Under the pieces are notes generated by a model, which had not been told where the DNA came from, made no database searches, and saw nothing but the letters and a program-made list of their open reading frames with translations. The translations under genes were made by a program, and so were the position numbers. 35,748 nucleotides of DNA from Clostridia bacterium (GTDB taxonomy: Bacteria > Bacillota > DTU086): assembly GCA_012519005.1 (NCBI GenBank), contig JAAYRB010000038.1, positions 1 through 35,748 on the forward strand. The letters are read 5' to 3'. Shown one piece after another: positions 8,938-17,226 of the stretch. How positions within the stretch are numbered: the stretch's first letter is position 1; each line of letters starts with the position of its first letter.

Positions 8938-9786
8938 ATGAAAGAAAAAATCAAATTAGAAGGTGTAAGCTTTAAATATTCCCGCAGGGAAAGCCCAGCA
9001 ATTAAAGACATCTGCTTTTCCCTGAAATCAGGGGAGTTTGTACTGCTTACCGGTCCTGCTGGGGCCGGTAAGTCCACCTTTGCAAATTGCTTGAATGGTG
9101 TTATCCCGCATTTTCAAAAGGGAGAGATGGGGGGCAATATATACCTGGAAGGGGTCAATACAAAGGATCTCAGTACGGGGAAAATCGCCACTAAAGTGGG
9201 CAGCGTTTTTCAGGATCCCGAAGGGCAAATAATCTGTGCCCAAGTGGATGAGGAGATCGCCTACGGGCTCGAGAATTTAGGGCTTCCGCCAAGGGTAATC
9301 GCCGAGAGGATTGACGAGGTACTTCATTTGGTAGGTATAGAGGATTTGAGAAATAGGGCTACAAATACCCTTTCCGGCGGGCAAAAACAAAGGGTTGCCA
9401 CAGCAGCTGTACTGGCCATGGAACCGAAAGTTCTCATCCTCGACGAACCCACATCGGAGCTTGATCCCCAAGGGACGGAACAGGTCATCCAACTGCTTCA
9501 TAGGCTCAATAGGGAAAAAAATATAGCCATTCTCCTGATCGAGCAAAAGGTTGAGGACGCGGCCCCCTATGCGGACAGATTGGTGGTACTGCGGGAAGGG
9601 GAAATAATTAGAGAAGGTGCCCCCGCCCAGGTCTTGATGGAATTGTCATCCCAGAGGGAAGTGGGAATCGAGATCCCTCAATTTGTAAATTTAGCAAAAC
9701 TAATGGATGCCAAAAAAAGCATACCATTGGATATTTTACAGGCAAAGACCATGGTACGAAATTATCTCAGGGGGTGGGAAATTTGA
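8938..9786 (+). CDS. ecfA1: ECF transporter ATPase component EcfA (first copy)
   Basis: Walker A GPAGAGKST, signature LSGGQKQR, Walker B LILDEPTSELD. 282 aa, with RBS GGGGGAAAGGG. Confidence 0.85.
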   Translation: MKEKIKLEGVSFKYSRRESPAIKDICFSLKSGEFVLLTGPAGAGKSTFANCLNGVIPHFQKGEMGGNIYLEGVNTKDLSTGKIATKVGSVFQDPEGQIICAQVDEEIAYGLENLGLPPRVIAERIDEVLHLVGIEDLRNRATNTLSGGQKQRVATAAVLAMEPKVLILDEPTSELDPQGTEQVIQLLHRLNREKNIAILLIEQKVEDAAPYADRLVVLREGEIIREGAPAQVLMELSSQREVGIEIPQFVNLAKLMDAKKSIPLDILQAKTMVRNYLRGWEI

Positions 9787-10622
9787 ACAATATCATCGTG
9801 GCAAAAGACTTAACCTATGGTTATGAAAGGGATACGGTGGTCTTAAAGGACATAAACTTGAAAATAAATAAGGGTGAGATGATCGCCCTCACAGGAAAGA
9901 ACGGCTCAGGCAAGACCACCCTATCCAAGCATTTTAATGGATTGTTGAAGCCCACCAAGGGTACCATCTTGGTGGATGGTATTGATACAAGGGAAGAAAC
10001 AGTTGATAGGATAGCCTTGAAAGTGGGCTATGTCTTCCAAAATCCTGATCATCAGATATTTAACGATACCGTATATAAAGAAGCCGCCTTTGGACCAGAA
10101 AATCAGGGATTGGAAGGAGAGGAACTCCGAAAAAGAGTGGTTCATGCCTTGGAAGCCGTAGGCTTGCTGGAATATGAGAATATTTATCCATACAGCCTAT
10201 CAAAGGGACAGAGGCAGAGGCTGAGCATTGCCTCGGTTATTGCAATGAACAGTGAGGCAATAGTCCTGGATGAACCCACAACGGGTCTAGATCATAGGGA
10301 GAGCTTGGAAATCATGGAGCTGCTGAAGGAACTGAACAGTGAGGGAATTACCATTATATTCATTACCCATGATATGAATCTTGTGGCAAAGTATGGGCAA
10401 AGGATGATAGTGCTTTCCCAGGGCGAGATAATAGCTGACGACAGCCCCAGGAATATATTCAAAATGAAAAAAGTAATCGAAAGGGCTCACCTACGGGTTC
10501 CCTTGATAACGGAATTGGCCCAGGAATTGGAGATGTTCCGCGATGCTCCCCTGGATCCCCAGGAGTTTTTCCAAGGGCTTTGTGAGATGAGGAGGGATTA
10601 TGCAAATGTCCTCACCAGTTAG
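9774..10622 (+). CDS. ecfA2: ECF transporter ATPase component EcfA' (second copy)
   Basis: Walker A GKNGSGKTT, signature LSKGQRQR, Walker B VLDEPTTGLD. The start is ambiguous (GTG 9774 or TTG 9783) and overlaps the preceding stop. Confidence 0.85.
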   Translation: MGNLNNIIVAKDLTYGYERDTVVLKDINLKINKGEMIALTGKNGSGKTTLSKHFNGLLKPTKGTILVDGIDTREETVDRIALKVGYVFQNPDHQIFNDTVYKEAAFGPENQGLEGEELRKRVVHALEAVGLLEYENIYPYSLSKGQRQRLSIASVIAMNSEAIVLDEPTTGLDHRESLEIMELLKELNSEGITIIFITHDMNLVAKYGQRMIVLSQGEIIADDSPRNIFKMKKVIERAHLRVPLITELAQELEMFRDAPLDPQEFFQGLCEMRRDYANVLTS

Positions 10623-11379
10623 TTATATATCTAGGGACTCCATCATACATGATTTACACCCACTGACCAAGATGATTGCTTCCCTGTGGTTTTTGACTCT
10701 AGGTATAATTTTAAACAAACCTGTATACTTAGCTGCAATTTTAGCATTGATTCTGGTATGCGGCTTTGCGGCAAGTATCTCTCGGGAGATATTTAAAAGC
10801 CTAAAAAGCATCACTGTCTTTGCCTTCATAATATTCCTGATACAAATTATATTCTATAGATCCGGTGAGGTGGCCTTTTATATTATCCCCGGGGCCAACC
10901 TTTTGCCCGCCACCCTTGAGGGGATCAATTTTGGAATATCCATTGCCCTGAGAATGATGATCATATTGCTGAGCTTTGTTATTCTGCTGTCCACCACTCA
11001 AGTCAGGGATATGATGATGGTATTGGTGGAGAAGCTCAAAATCCCCTATGATTATGCCTTCATGTTTGTTACCGCCCTGAGATTCATTCCCACATTTTTA
11101 GGTGAAGTCGCCAAAATACAGGAGGCCCAAAGAACCAGGGGTTATAAAGTGGATGGTATCAATCCCATTAAAAAGATATACTCCTATGTGCCCATCGCAC
11201 TACCCTTGGTCATGATGTCACTATCCAAGGGGGAGCTGCTGGCTCTAGCCATGGAAACCAGGGCCTATGGCATACAAAATAGAAGAACCTATCTCAAGGA
11301 ATGGAGAATGGGCAGGATGGATCTGATATTGATTATTGGGATGTTTTTATTAATAGTCCTGTCTATCCGATTGGTGTAA
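10600..11379 (+). CDS. ecfT: ECF transporter transmembrane component EcfT
   Basis: 259 aa with GGAGGG RBS. Has the conserved EcfT coupling helices (ALRFIPTFLGEVAKIQEAQRTRG ... AMETRAYG). Confidence 0.85.
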   Translation: MQMSSPVSYISRDSIIHDLHPLTKMIASLWFLTLGIILNKPVYLAAILALILVCGFAASISREIFKSLKSITVFAFIIFLIQIIFYRSGEVAFYIIPGANLLPATLEGINFGISIALRMMIILLSFVILLSTTQVRDMMMVLVEKLKIPYDYAFMFVTALRFIPTFLGEVAKIQEAQRTRGYKVDGINPIKKIYSYVPIALPLVMMSLSKGELLALAMETRAYGIQNRRTYLKEWRMGRMDLILIIGMFLLIVLSIRLV

Positions 11380-11510
11380 AATGGATTGCCGGATAACAGC
11401 ATCCTACCAAGGGAACTGCACTGCTCCGCACTAAAAGTTATGATATGATTAAACACAGTCAATCAAAATAAAATATATGGTGTAAAAGAAAAAGGAAATT
11501 GGGGGAAACT

Positions 11511-12428
11511 ATGAAGCAGGAAAAGGGTTTTGGAGTTTTTATTGCGGCTTGGGCTTATATATTATGGGGTATACTACCCGTCTACTGGAAAATGATAGAG
11601 CAGGTGCCGCCTTTGGAGATTTTGTCCCATCGGGTCATCTGGTCATTCTTTTTTGTTTCGGCCGTCGTATTATTTACAAAGAGGGATTTATTAAAAAAGT
11701 TTCTCCAAGATCAAATTAAGGAGAAAAAAACAATTATGGGCCTAATGTTGGCTTCTTTTTTTATCAGCATAAACTGGCTCACCTATATATTTGCAGTGAA
11801 TACGGGACATATAGTGGATGCAAGCCTAGGCTATTATATAAATCCCCTGGTTGTTGTGCTGCTGGGGGTTTTCGTGCTAAGGGAAAAGCTAAATTTTTGG
11901 CAGACAACTTCATTTGTGCTTGCCGGTGTGGGTGTAATTTACATGACGGTTTCCATTGGGAAATTCCCTTGGATAGCTGTGATATTGGCCGTGAGCTTTG
12001 GCCTTTATGGACTGTCAAAGAAATTGATCAAGGTGGATGCCGCTTTGGGTCTGCTTTTGGAGACTCTGTTTATCTCACCCTTCGCCCTGGGATTTTTAGT
12101 TTATTTAGCAGTAAATGGGCAGCAGAGCTTTTTATCCGGATCCCTACATAATAATTTATTTTTAATGGGTACGGGGATTGCCACATCCTTGCCCCTGCTG
12201 CTCTTTGGCATTGGGGCGCAGAGGATACCCCTCTATATGGTGGGCTTGCTTCAGTATATTGCTCCCACCATAAGCCTTATATTGGGGGTGCTCATGTATG
12301 GGGAGCCCTTTACAAGGGACCATATGATTACATTTGCTTGTATCTGGACGGCCATAGCCATATTCACTCTTTCAAACCTTAAAGGAAGGGTAAAAAGAAA
12401 AAAAACAGCACCCTTGTCCCAAGAGTGA
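11511..12428 (+). CDS. rarD: EamA/DMT family transporter RarD
   Basis: ATG at 11511 lies 5 nt after GGGGG. There are ten TM helices, and the LGYYINPL motif and overall pattern match RarD. Confidence 0.8.
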   Translation: MKQEKGFGVFIAAWAYILWGILPVYWKMIEQVPPLEILSHRVIWSFFFVSAVVLFTKRDLLKKFLQDQIKEKKTIMGLMLASFFISINWLTYIFAVNTGHIVDASLGYYINPLVVVLLGVFVLREKLNFWQTTSFVLAGVGVIYMTVSIGKFPWIAVILAVSFGLYGLSKKLIKVDAALGLLLETLFISPFALGFLVYLAVNGQQSFLSGSLHNNLFLMGTGIATSLPLLLFGIGAQRIPLYMVGLLQYIAPTISLILGVLMYGEPFTRDHMITFACIWTAIAIFTLSNLKGRVKRKKTAPLSQE

Positions 12429-12489
12429 ACCGAGAGTAAACTCTTGGTCCAGGGGTGCCTTCAATTGCCGCCCTGGGCACGGCCCTTAC

Positions 12490-13188
12490 TTAATGGAAAA
12501 AGTTACGGGCTGCTTGCCCTTCACACTTCGTAGAGGGGTTATCTATACATTTATTGTACGGGAACAAGAATTCCCTTATACCGCTGGAATACGGCGCTAT
12601 ATCATATTGCTGAAAGTAAACCATTATTCCTTCCGGGGTACAGTAAAAATTATCCGGGTCAAAAGTCTTTTCCACCAGTTCCCGGTAATCATCAAAGTAG
12701 AATTCTGGATCTTCCGCTATCTGCTCAATTATTTTATGCTTAAAGTATGGTCCAAAGTCAGTGGTGCATCTAAATAATTCTTTGAGTGTCATCATTTTCC
12801 CTGTCTTTAGGTTCCAGGTTTGGGAATTTCTTGGGGTTACACCATGGGCGCCCCCAGTATATTGGTAGTTATCAAAGTATAAACTGATTATACAATCTTT
12901 GTTGTAGGTTACCTCAAAGGTCTGAAGGGCTTCAAAGGGAAGTAGGGGGAACCCCTCTTCCTTATCTAGTAAGTATCTGTCAACTGCTTTTCTAAAAAGA
13001 TTATTGCGTAGGCTGTTTTGAAGCAGTAAAGCCTTGCCCCTATAGAATTGATTCACCCTATTTGCTGTTCTATTGTGGGCTTTGGAGTGAAACTGGGGAT
13101 AATTTATTTGGTAGCTTAGAACCGTTACTCCCTCATATTGCATGTCCTCGCTGATTTCCATGGTATCGTAATTTATAATTCCGCTCAT
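12490..13188 (-). CDS. DUF3298/DUF4163 domain protein (RsiV/PdaC-like C-terminal fold)
   Basis: Has the YQYTGGAHG motif and the ...DIAPYSSGI... block typical of DUF3298. The best start is ATG 13188, 6 nt after GGTGAGGTG; the longer track ORF lacks an RBS. Confidence 0.6.
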   Translation of the reverse strand: MSGIINYDTMEISEDMQYEGVTVLSYQINYPQFHSKAHNRTANRVNQFYRGKALLLQNSLRNNLFRKAVDRYLLDKEEGFPLLPFEALQTFEVTYNKDCIISLYFDNYQYTGGAHGVTPRNSQTWNLKTGKMMTLKELFRCTTDFGPYFKHKIIEQIAEDPEFYFDDYRELVEKTFDPDNFYCTPEGIMVYFQQYDIAPYSSGIREFLFPYNKCIDNPSTKCEGQAARNFFH

Positions 13189-13281
13189 TATCATCACCTC
13201 ACCATAGAATATGAGACGGTCCCCCGGGGAGTTCATAAATAGCTTCCCTATTTTTATTTAGGCAGCTTAAACATAGGATGG

Positions 13282-13330
13282 TTTACAAGTTAACTATTTG
13301 AATATATACTATGGTTAGCCAGTTAACTAT
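13282..13330 (+). promoter_or_regulatory. marR promoter with two identical AGTTAACTAT operator-like boxes
   Basis: TTTACA (13282-13287), 17-nt spacer, TATACT (13305-13310). AGTTAACTAT occurs at 13288-13297 (inside the spacer) and again at 13321-13330. AGTTAACT is a perfect palindrome. Confidence 0.5.
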
Positions 13331-13343
13331 TAAGGGGGTACCT

Positions 13344-13808
13344 ATGTCCGGAATAAGGGATATTTGGTTTTATGCTAACAATATAATTAAATCTGCAAGG
13401 CAGATGGTTAACGAAAAGCTTAGACCCCTGGGGCTTGGCAGTGCCGAGGGTAACATACTTCTTCATCTGCTAGCTGTCGGAAGTATACTTAAGCAGGAGG
13501 ATTTAGTAGAGGAATTGGAAATCTCTAAGCCCGCTGTTTCCCGGGCACTCAATTCCTTAGAGAGAAAGGGCTTTGTTGGTAGGGAAAGAGACCTGTCGGA
13601 TAAGCGAGTGAGCAGAGTGCATTTGACAGATAAGGCCTATAAAATAGGTTCAAAATTGGAGCAGGTTTATGAGGGGGTCTTTTCTGCGGCTGCCCGAGGT
13701 ATTCCTGAGGAGGAAATAAAGGGTTTTATTAAATTATCCCGGCGCATATCAGAGAATTTATCTAAAAACAGGAAGGGAAAAAAAGGAGCGGGAATTGATT
13801 ATGAATGA
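13344..13808 (+). CDS. MarR family transcriptional regulator
   Basis: ATG 13344 follows the AAGGGGG RBS. Has the winged-HTH block (ISKPAVSRALNSLERKGFVGRERDLSDKRV). Confidence 0.85.
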   Translation: MSGIRDIWFYANNIIKSARQMVNEKLRPLGLGSAEGNILLHLLAVGSILKQEDLVEELEISKPAVSRALNSLERKGFVGRERDLSDKRVSRVHLTDKAYKIGSKLEQVYEGVFSAAARGIPEEEIKGFIKLSRRISENLSKNRKGKKGAGIDYE

Positions 13809-14529
13809 CCTGATGGCGGCGTTGATTCTGATAGCATATTACTTGGTGGGGTTGGTGGCGATACCTACCATGCTAAAGGCCTGGTCAAAATTGCCCGATG
13901 AAATAATCAGAAAAATTCAGCATGTGGGTTACAGCCTTTCCGTGTTTATTCTTCTCCGGTTTTTTAGTACATGGTATATGGCGGTGGCGGCGGCCTTTGT
14001 GTTGGTAATCCTAGCCTACCCTGCACTTCTATTGATTGAAAAAACCGCTTTTTATAAAAAATATTTCGTGGATAGAGAGAAAAGAGGCGGTGAGCTGAGA
14101 AAGCAGCTGCTTTTTGTGCAGTTGTCTTTCGCTCTTCTTATCTTTTTGTTCTGGGGTTTGCTGGGGGTCCAGCGGCATTATATGGCGGCGGCCGCTGTGA
14201 TGGCCTGGGGCTTTGGCGATGCTGCCGCAGCATTGATAGGAAAATTCTACGGCAAAAGAAATGTCATTCATGCCTGGGTGGAAGGTGCAAAGACTAAAGA
14301 GGGTACATTGGCCATGGGCATTACCGCTTTTTTTGCGATTTTTCTCACGCTGATATTCTATGGCGGTTTACCCTGGTATATTTGCTTATTGACAGCTTTA
14401 GTCGCGGCACCGGTATGTGCCTTTGTGGAATTGTTTTCCCATGGAGGTATGGATACCCTCACCGTTCCTTTTGCTGCAGCGGCAGTAATTTTCCCCTTGG
14501 TTTATCTATTTTCCTATCTGGGGTGGTAA
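13795..14529 (+). CDS. Polyprenol/diacylglycerol kinase-like membrane protein (CTP-transferase-1 / dolichol kinase superfamily)
   Basis: Polytopic membrane protein. The GDAAAALIGKFYGKRN...KTKEGTLAM block is typical of this superfamily. Overlaps the marR stop by 14 nt, implying an operon. Confidence 0.6.
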   Translation: MIMNDLMAALILIAYYLVGLVAIPTMLKAWSKLPDEIIRKIQHVGYSLSVFILLRFFSTWYMAVAAAFVLVILAYPALLLIEKTAFYKKYFVDREKRGGELRKQLLFVQLSFALLIFLFWGLLGVQRHYMAAAAVMAWGFGDAAAALIGKFYGKRNVIHAWVEGAKTKEGTLAMGITAFFAIFLTLIFYGGLPWYICLLTALVAAPVCAFVELFSHGGMDTLTVPFAAAAVIFPLVYLFSYLGW

Positions 14530-14530
14530 A

Positions 14531-15187
14531 ATGGAAATCGATTCCGGCGGTGGGAATGAAAAAAGAGAGAAGACTCTGCTGGCTTCGCTGTTACTGAGTC
14601 TGTGGGCACCTCTGGCCACAGGTATTGCTGTTCTCATGAGCAGCTCCATAACCCAGCTGGCAGATTTCATCCGTCGTTCCATGGAGCTGCTGGTTTTGTT
14701 TTTATCCTGGATTGTCTTTCGCAACCTTACTGGGAAAAGAGGAGTATCCCAGGAAAGCAAAAGAAAATGGGAAAGAATTGTCAACCTCAGTGTTGCCGGC
14801 GTTCTTGGCATCTCGGGGTTGATCATGTTTTTGTTGGCATTTTTACGATCCCAAAGTGTAAAACCTGAAGGTAATGTTTTACTGGGCCTTACCATTGCGA
14901 TTCTTGGCCTCATGGTGAACTTTTGGTTTTGGCGGCGTTATCGTTCATTTGTAAGCAGGGAATATAACCCCATTATTGATGCTCAACGTCAGCTTTATTT
15001 AGCAAAAATCTTTGTTGATATTTGTGTTGTATTAGCTCTGGGTACCGTGGCTTTTATGACCAGTCATCCCGTCACAGCATACGTGGATGTTTCGGGCTCC
15101 ATGGCCGTTGCTGTTTATTTACTTTGGAGTTCTGCAAGGGCCTTAAGGATGGAGAAAAGAAAGTTGGATTTACTGGTTAGAAAATGA
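14531..15187 (+). CDS. Cation diffusion facilitator-like membrane protein (TM domain only, metal-site residues not conserved)
   Basis: 218 aa, six TM helices in a CDF-like arrangement. The usual TM2/TM5 Asp/His pairs are not evident and there is no cytoplasmic C-terminal domain. Starts 2 nt after the upstream stop. Confidence 0.4.
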   Translation: MEIDSGGGNEKREKTLLASLLLSLWAPLATGIAVLMSSSITQLADFIRRSMELLVLFLSWIVFRNLTGKRGVSQESKRKWERIVNLSVAGVLGISGLIMFLLAFLRSQSVKPEGNVLLGLTIAILGLMVNFWFWRRYRSFVSREYNPIIDAQRQLYLAKIFVDICVVLALGTVAFMTSHPVTAYVDVSGSMAVAVYLLWSSARALRMEKRKLDLLVRK

Positions 15188-15213
15188 TAAAAAGATTGCA
15201 ATACTTATAATGA

Positions 15214-15242
15214 TTGTACAATATTTCCAATCTTGATATAAT
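15214..15242 (+). promoter_or_regulatory. Candidate sigma-A promoter for the SulP gene
   Basis: TTGTAC (15214-15219), 17-nt spacer, TATAAT (15237-15242). Confidence 0.5.
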
Positions 15243-15399
15243 TATTACTACGATTAAAGTGTGTAAATGTCCGTTAGCATTCGTATTTCCAATCTTTTAG
15301 GGCCGTGGGTAGAAGGATGCTGTTTTGCTGTTTGCTTCTGTTTTCTTTTTTATTTTCGGGACACTACCCCGGGTTCATTAGATGAAAGGTAGGGTGAGG

Positions 15400-17082
15400 A
15401 TGAAGGGATTTTTTCATATTTTAGAGTGGCTGCCCAACTATGACAGGAAGGATTTGGCGGGGGATTTCTCTGCGGGTTTGGTTGTGGCCATAATGTTGAT
15501 TCCGCAGGCTATCGCCTATGCCATGTTGGCGGGGCTTCCTCCGGTCATGGGTCTGTATGCTTCCACTATTCCATTGATAGCCTATGCACTTTTCGGGACC
15601 TCCCGGCAGCTGGGGGTAGGGCCCATAGCTGTTATATCTCTGCTGGTGTTGACAGGCGTTTCATCCTTGGCTGAGCCGGGAACAGGGAAATATATTTCCT
15701 TGGTGATTCTTCTCACATTTATGGTGGGGATAATACAATTTATTATGGGTGCACTGAGGCTGGGATTCATTGTCAACTTTGTGTCCCAAGCGGTGATCAG
15801 CGGATTCATCTCAGCCACGGCAATTGTTATCGGCTTTAGCCAACTAAAACATTTGTTGGGAATCTCTTTACAGTCGGATAATGTGTTTCTGATCCTTTGG
15901 GAAATTATAATGAGAATCACGGACATAAACCCCATTACTTTCGCCATCGGGATTGGCAGTATCTTGATTCTTGTCATGTTGGGGAAACATTGGCCCAAGG
16001 TGCCCGCCCCGCTGGTGGCGGTGGTGCTGTCAAGCTTGCTTACCTATTTTTTGGGTCTCGAGCAGAAGGGGGTCAATATTGTCGGTGATGTGCCCGGGGG
16101 GCTTCCCAGCATTACCATGCCCTTTACATATATAGATGGCGGAGCAATTTCCGTGCTGCTGCCCACCGCATTGGCCATAGCCTTCATCGGTTTTATGGAG
16201 GCTATAGCCATAGGCAAGGCCATAGCCATGAAAGAAAAGTACAAGGTTGTGCCCGATCAGGAGTTGATAGGACTGGGAGTGGCAAATTTAGCCGGTTCCC
16301 TGTTCTCCGGCTATCCCGTCACCGGTGCTTTTTCACGGACAGCCGTGAATTATCAGAGCGGTGGGCGCACACAATTGGCTTCCATGATTACAGCGGTGCT
16401 TATCATCTTGACTTTGCTTTTCTTCACAGGTTTGTTTTATTATTTACCCAATGCCGTCTTAGCCGCTATTATCATAGTAGCAGTATATAAATTAATTGAT
16501 CTGCAAGAGGCTAGGTATTTGTTGAAGGTGAATATAAATGACGGAATGACTTGGATTTTCACTTTCCTGGCTTCCTTGGTGGCGGGCATTGGCCCTGGGA
16601 TATTGACCGGATTTGTCCTGTCCCTGATATTCTTTATTTGGAGAAGTGCCCATCCCTATACGGCGGAATTGGGCTATCTCAGAAAGCAGGATGTCTTCCG
16701 GGATGTTGATTATCACCATGATGCGGAAGCGGATCCCCATATATTAATTTTCCGTGTGGATGCACCTTTGTTTTTTGCCAATATGGGTTTCCTGGAAGAT
16801 CAACTATATGATCGGGTGACGGATAAACCCGATGCCAAGTGGATAGTCCTGGATTTTTCCGGAGTTAACTCCATTGATGCGGTGGCCGTTCATTCCTTGG
16901 AAAATATTGTTGAGGATTACGGGGAAAGGGGTATACAATTTAAATTTACGAGGTTGAAACGTCAAGTGAAGGAAATTATGAGCAAGGCCGGAAGTAACGA
17001 AATTCTTGGAAAGCATATACATTATTTCTCTATCCGCCAAGCATTGGATGCCATTGATAAAAAGGAACTCCGGGAAGCCTAA
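15400..17082 (+). CDS. SulP family inorganic anion transporter with C-terminal STAS domain
   Basis: ATG 15400 follows GGGTGAGG. Has an N-terminal SulP block (AGLVVAIMLIPQAIAYAMLAGLPPVMGLYAS) and a C-terminal STAS domain (ILIFRVDAPLFFAN...VLDFSGVNSIDAVAV). Confidence 0.9.
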   Translation: MKGFFHILEWLPNYDRKDLAGDFSAGLVVAIMLIPQAIAYAMLAGLPPVMGLYASTIPLIAYALFGTSRQLGVGPIAVISLLVLTGVSSLAEPGTGKYISLVILLTFMVGIIQFIMGALRLGFIVNFVSQAVISGFISATAIVIGFSQLKHLLGISLQSDNVFLILWEIIMRITDINPITFAIGIGSILILVMLGKHWPKVPAPLVAVVLSSLLTYFLGLEQKGVNIVGDVPGGLPSITMPFTYIDGGAISVLLPTALAIAFIGFMEAIAIGKAIAMKEKYKVVPDQELIGLGVANLAGSLFSGYPVTGAFSRTAVNYQSGGRTQLASMITAVLIILTLLFFTGLFYYLPNAVLAAIIIVAVYKLIDLQEARYLLKVNINDGMTWIFTFLASLVAGIGPGILTGFVLSLIFFIWRSAHPYTAELGYLRKQDVFRDVDYHHDAEADPHILIFRVDAPLFFANMGFLEDQLYDRVTDKPDAKWIVLDFSGVNSIDAVAVHSLENIVEDYGERGIQFKFTRLKRQVKEIMSKAGSNEILGKHIHYFSIRQALDAIDKKELREA

Positions 17083-17173
17083 ACAACCTTATAGGGGGAT
17101 CCTTTATAGGGGGAAAATCCCCATGAACTGCCAGGCAGATAAGGATACAGGGCAATCCAATAGAATTGCATTT

Positions 17174-17226
17174 AGCCGACTTCTAGACATCCGTTGGGAT
17201 GTGGGGGTCGGCTTATATTATAATTT
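17174..17226 (+). terminator. Possible terminator between the convergent SulP and GGDEF genes
   Basis: AGCCGAC (17174-17180) pairs with GTCGGCT (17207-17213), enclosing an inner CATCC/GGATG stem. A T/A-rich tail follows. It overlaps the stop of the minus-strand gene. Confidence 0.4.

Noticed and set aside
12419..12447. 8-bp hairpin CCAAGAGT / ACTCTTGG overlapping the rarD stop codon
   Set aside because: No U-tract lies on either side and half of the stem is coding sequence. I did not annotate it as a terminator.
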